NCBI GenBank assembly: GCA_051530055.1
Contig: CM121341.1
Coordinates: 5,558,784-5,622,783 of the forward strand
Direction of reading: 5' to 3'
DNA: 64,000 bases
Source: Neoechinorhynchus agilis
Lineage: Eukaryota; Animalia; Acanthocephala
This document shows, in pieces, positions 61,788-64,000 of the stretch. Below the pieces are notes generated by a model that saw only the letters and a program-made list of their open reading frames with translations, was not told the DNA's origin and made no database searches. The translations under genes and the position numbers were made by a program. Positions within the stretch are counted from its first letter, which is position 1, and each line of letters starts with the position of its first letter.

Positions 61788-62825
61788 TCCAATCTCGAGT
61801 GATAGGAATACCTTCCGATGTGACCGGAATGTAGTATGAAATATTTTTCAATTTAAATGGTGACAAATTGTTAACTGCCACAAGCAGCTTTTCTTTCTTT
61901 TGATAAACTACCAAGTGAATTTTTCACCAGAATAAAGCTTTCACCCATTTCATATAAACATTTACAGCTTACCATCTTTTTCTCAAACGTTTATTGAAAT
62001 TTTCAATTTTTGGGAAGATCAACAACGCCACCGGGCCGAATTATGTCTAATTAGGCCATCAAAATTAATATCATTAAAATATTTGCAACATTCATTTTGG
62101 GCAGTCATTAGATCGCAATTACTAGAGACCTGTTTTCTACTAATCGCAACCGTCCTTCTAATTCAGGGTCATAGGAACCTGTTTTTATGATGAATTTCGA
62201 TTAAAATTATTGCAAACTTTTCCATACCATCAATTATCAGAAATGTTTCCACGAAGTTTTGCGTGCCGGAGCCCGAGTCATCCGTGAAAACGCTAACTGT
62301 CACTGACTTTAAGGCATGTCGTTGCACAATGTTCTTATACGAGATTTTTCCTAGGACATGAAATTTTTTCCTATAAACACATCCAACATTGAGATTTTCC
62401 GGCTGATTTATATTTTTAGTCATATGATTGGTGGACATAATTCCGGTTGAATAACAAAAAAAACTGATGCGGCTAGTTTTTCTTCTTTCGAAATATTTCC
62501 TAATGATAAAGGAATCTTTAACCGGTGGATTATGTTCACTGCCACCACCATTCAATACTGATATTTTTGTTGTGTGGCATTCCTTCCTCGATTAGATTGA
62601 AGGTCTCTGCTCGTTGGTGCAGCTTTTTTTGTTTGTTTCGCTAATGGATTCACGTTCGTGAGAGGAGACAATTGTGAGTTTATATACCCTTTTCTATCAG
62701 ACTCTTTTTTCTTGACATGACGGTTTGTTTGCTGTCAGAATATCTACAAAAAATTTTGTTTCCTGTCATCGACATTTTTCGATGGTTATTTCTTAAAAAA
62801 GAGAGGAAGGACTATCTTTTCAATT

Positions 62826-63882
62826 GTGGCTAGCATTTTTTTTGAAAGGCGGTTGTGCGCACAATCGCAGAATCTGAAAGCTGTATTGACAATACTGAAA
62901 GACAAAGTGCGAGGCGCACTATTTCCCTCCTCCATTCCTCTCGAGACTGCCACTTCTACGAGATCATTCGACGGTAGCAGCAGTCAAGGCTACGGTGGGG
63001 TTACCACTACCTTCACAACAACAACGAGCATAAGTTCGGCTGTATTCTCCCCGATTTTTTTTAAAAGAAGACAAATGTCCGGTCGTCGCAGTGATAGATT
63101 TCAACATTATCACCAATTCAATGATCGCCACCGAATATATCCGTACAATGTTCGAGCAGTATTCAGAGGTGATTTTTTCTCATTGTTTGAGCTTTCTTGT
63201 CGAAATAGACAATCGTTCTTTTCCTCCGCGACTTTTCCATGACATTGAACGTATACACGCCGTTTCGTCGCTCGTTTGTCGCTCCAACCAAAAAAATTCA
63301 ATTCTTGCCCGCAACCAACGGAAAAGGACATGCGGCTCACCACTCTAAGATTATCTCACGATACTCTAATGATCGTCGAAGGTAGTTTCCCTACCCTTGG
63401 TGCACAATCACATTATCTTCTTAGTTTTGTTGTCTCCGTTTTCCGACACTCCCGATTTGTGTTGTGCTAGCAAAAAATGTGCATGGTGGATCATAGGCGC
63501 CATATCTTGACATTGATGTTACCAAAGGAACGTGTTCTACACCACATCTTTTCGACTAGTACTTTCCTGCCACAGAAAAAAACGTTAATCTTCCATGCAC
63601 AAAAAGCAGCACCGCTTCTCCCATGCACACATTTACGATGGAGACGATGATGATGATGATGGTGGCAATAGTCTAACAACGGAAATTCAGAATTCATCCG
63701 CCAAGGACTCATGGGTGAATCCTCATCCAAAATGCCGAGAATCCCTTCAATATTTTCTCCATGCTCATCGCGCGAATCGCGTCGCTTGTATTGGGTTGCC
63801 GGAAGGAGACGGACCAGTGGCATCGCCGAAACTACCTCCTCCGTTGTTATTAATCCGCTTATGGATGGTAAGCTCGCGCTAA
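62826..63882 (+). CDS. Possible exons of an unidentified gene
   Basis: Several overlapping + strand ORFs with protein-like composition (e.g. MIATEYIRTMFEQYSEVIFSHCLSFLVEIDNR). No splice model or family established. Confidence 0.25.
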
Positions 63883-64000
63883 TCCTTTGAAACCAAGGGG
63901 AATCCCTCATACATCTTTAAATACTGCTATCTTTTGAATGGAGGAGAAAATGCGCTCGTTAAATGTACGGTACACCGTCGTTTTCCCATATACTGAAGAG

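Overview
This is AT-rich eukaryotic DNA from a gene-compact animal genome. It is called metazoan because of an HCF1-type Kelch+FN3 gene, ZFPL1, a cytosolic alpha-carbonic anhydrase and a sacsin-like gene. Most introns are 41-63 nt GT-AG and the proteins are strongly diverged; the lineage cannot be named from sequence alone. Bases 1-41 kb carry tightly packed housekeeping genes: DGAT1/SOAT-type MBOAT, RCC1, ABT1/ESF2, prolyl oligopeptidase, cytochrome b5, carbonic anhydrase, PDHX/E3BP, ZFPL1 and HCF1, plus orphan ORFs. Bases 41-58 kb are gene-poor, with tandem arrays, foldbacks and a 3.4 kb satellite, and a sacsin-like gene starts at 58 kb. Repeats include three decayed CRE-clade non-LTR retrotransposon fragments, a tRNA-derived SINE-like family and two foldback families with hammerhead-ribozyme-like cores. 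The most unusual signal is six introns or insertions in four genes (MBOAT, RCC1 x2, PREP x2, HCF1). Their two ends carry intron-specific 8-15 bp inverted repeats overlapping or abutting the splice sites. In five of the six, protein homology suggests a junction other than the simple GT-AG one. This points either to a pairing-guided non-canonical intron class or to ongoing intron gain from inverted-repeat-bounded insertions. All alignments to known proteins were done by eye from memory.
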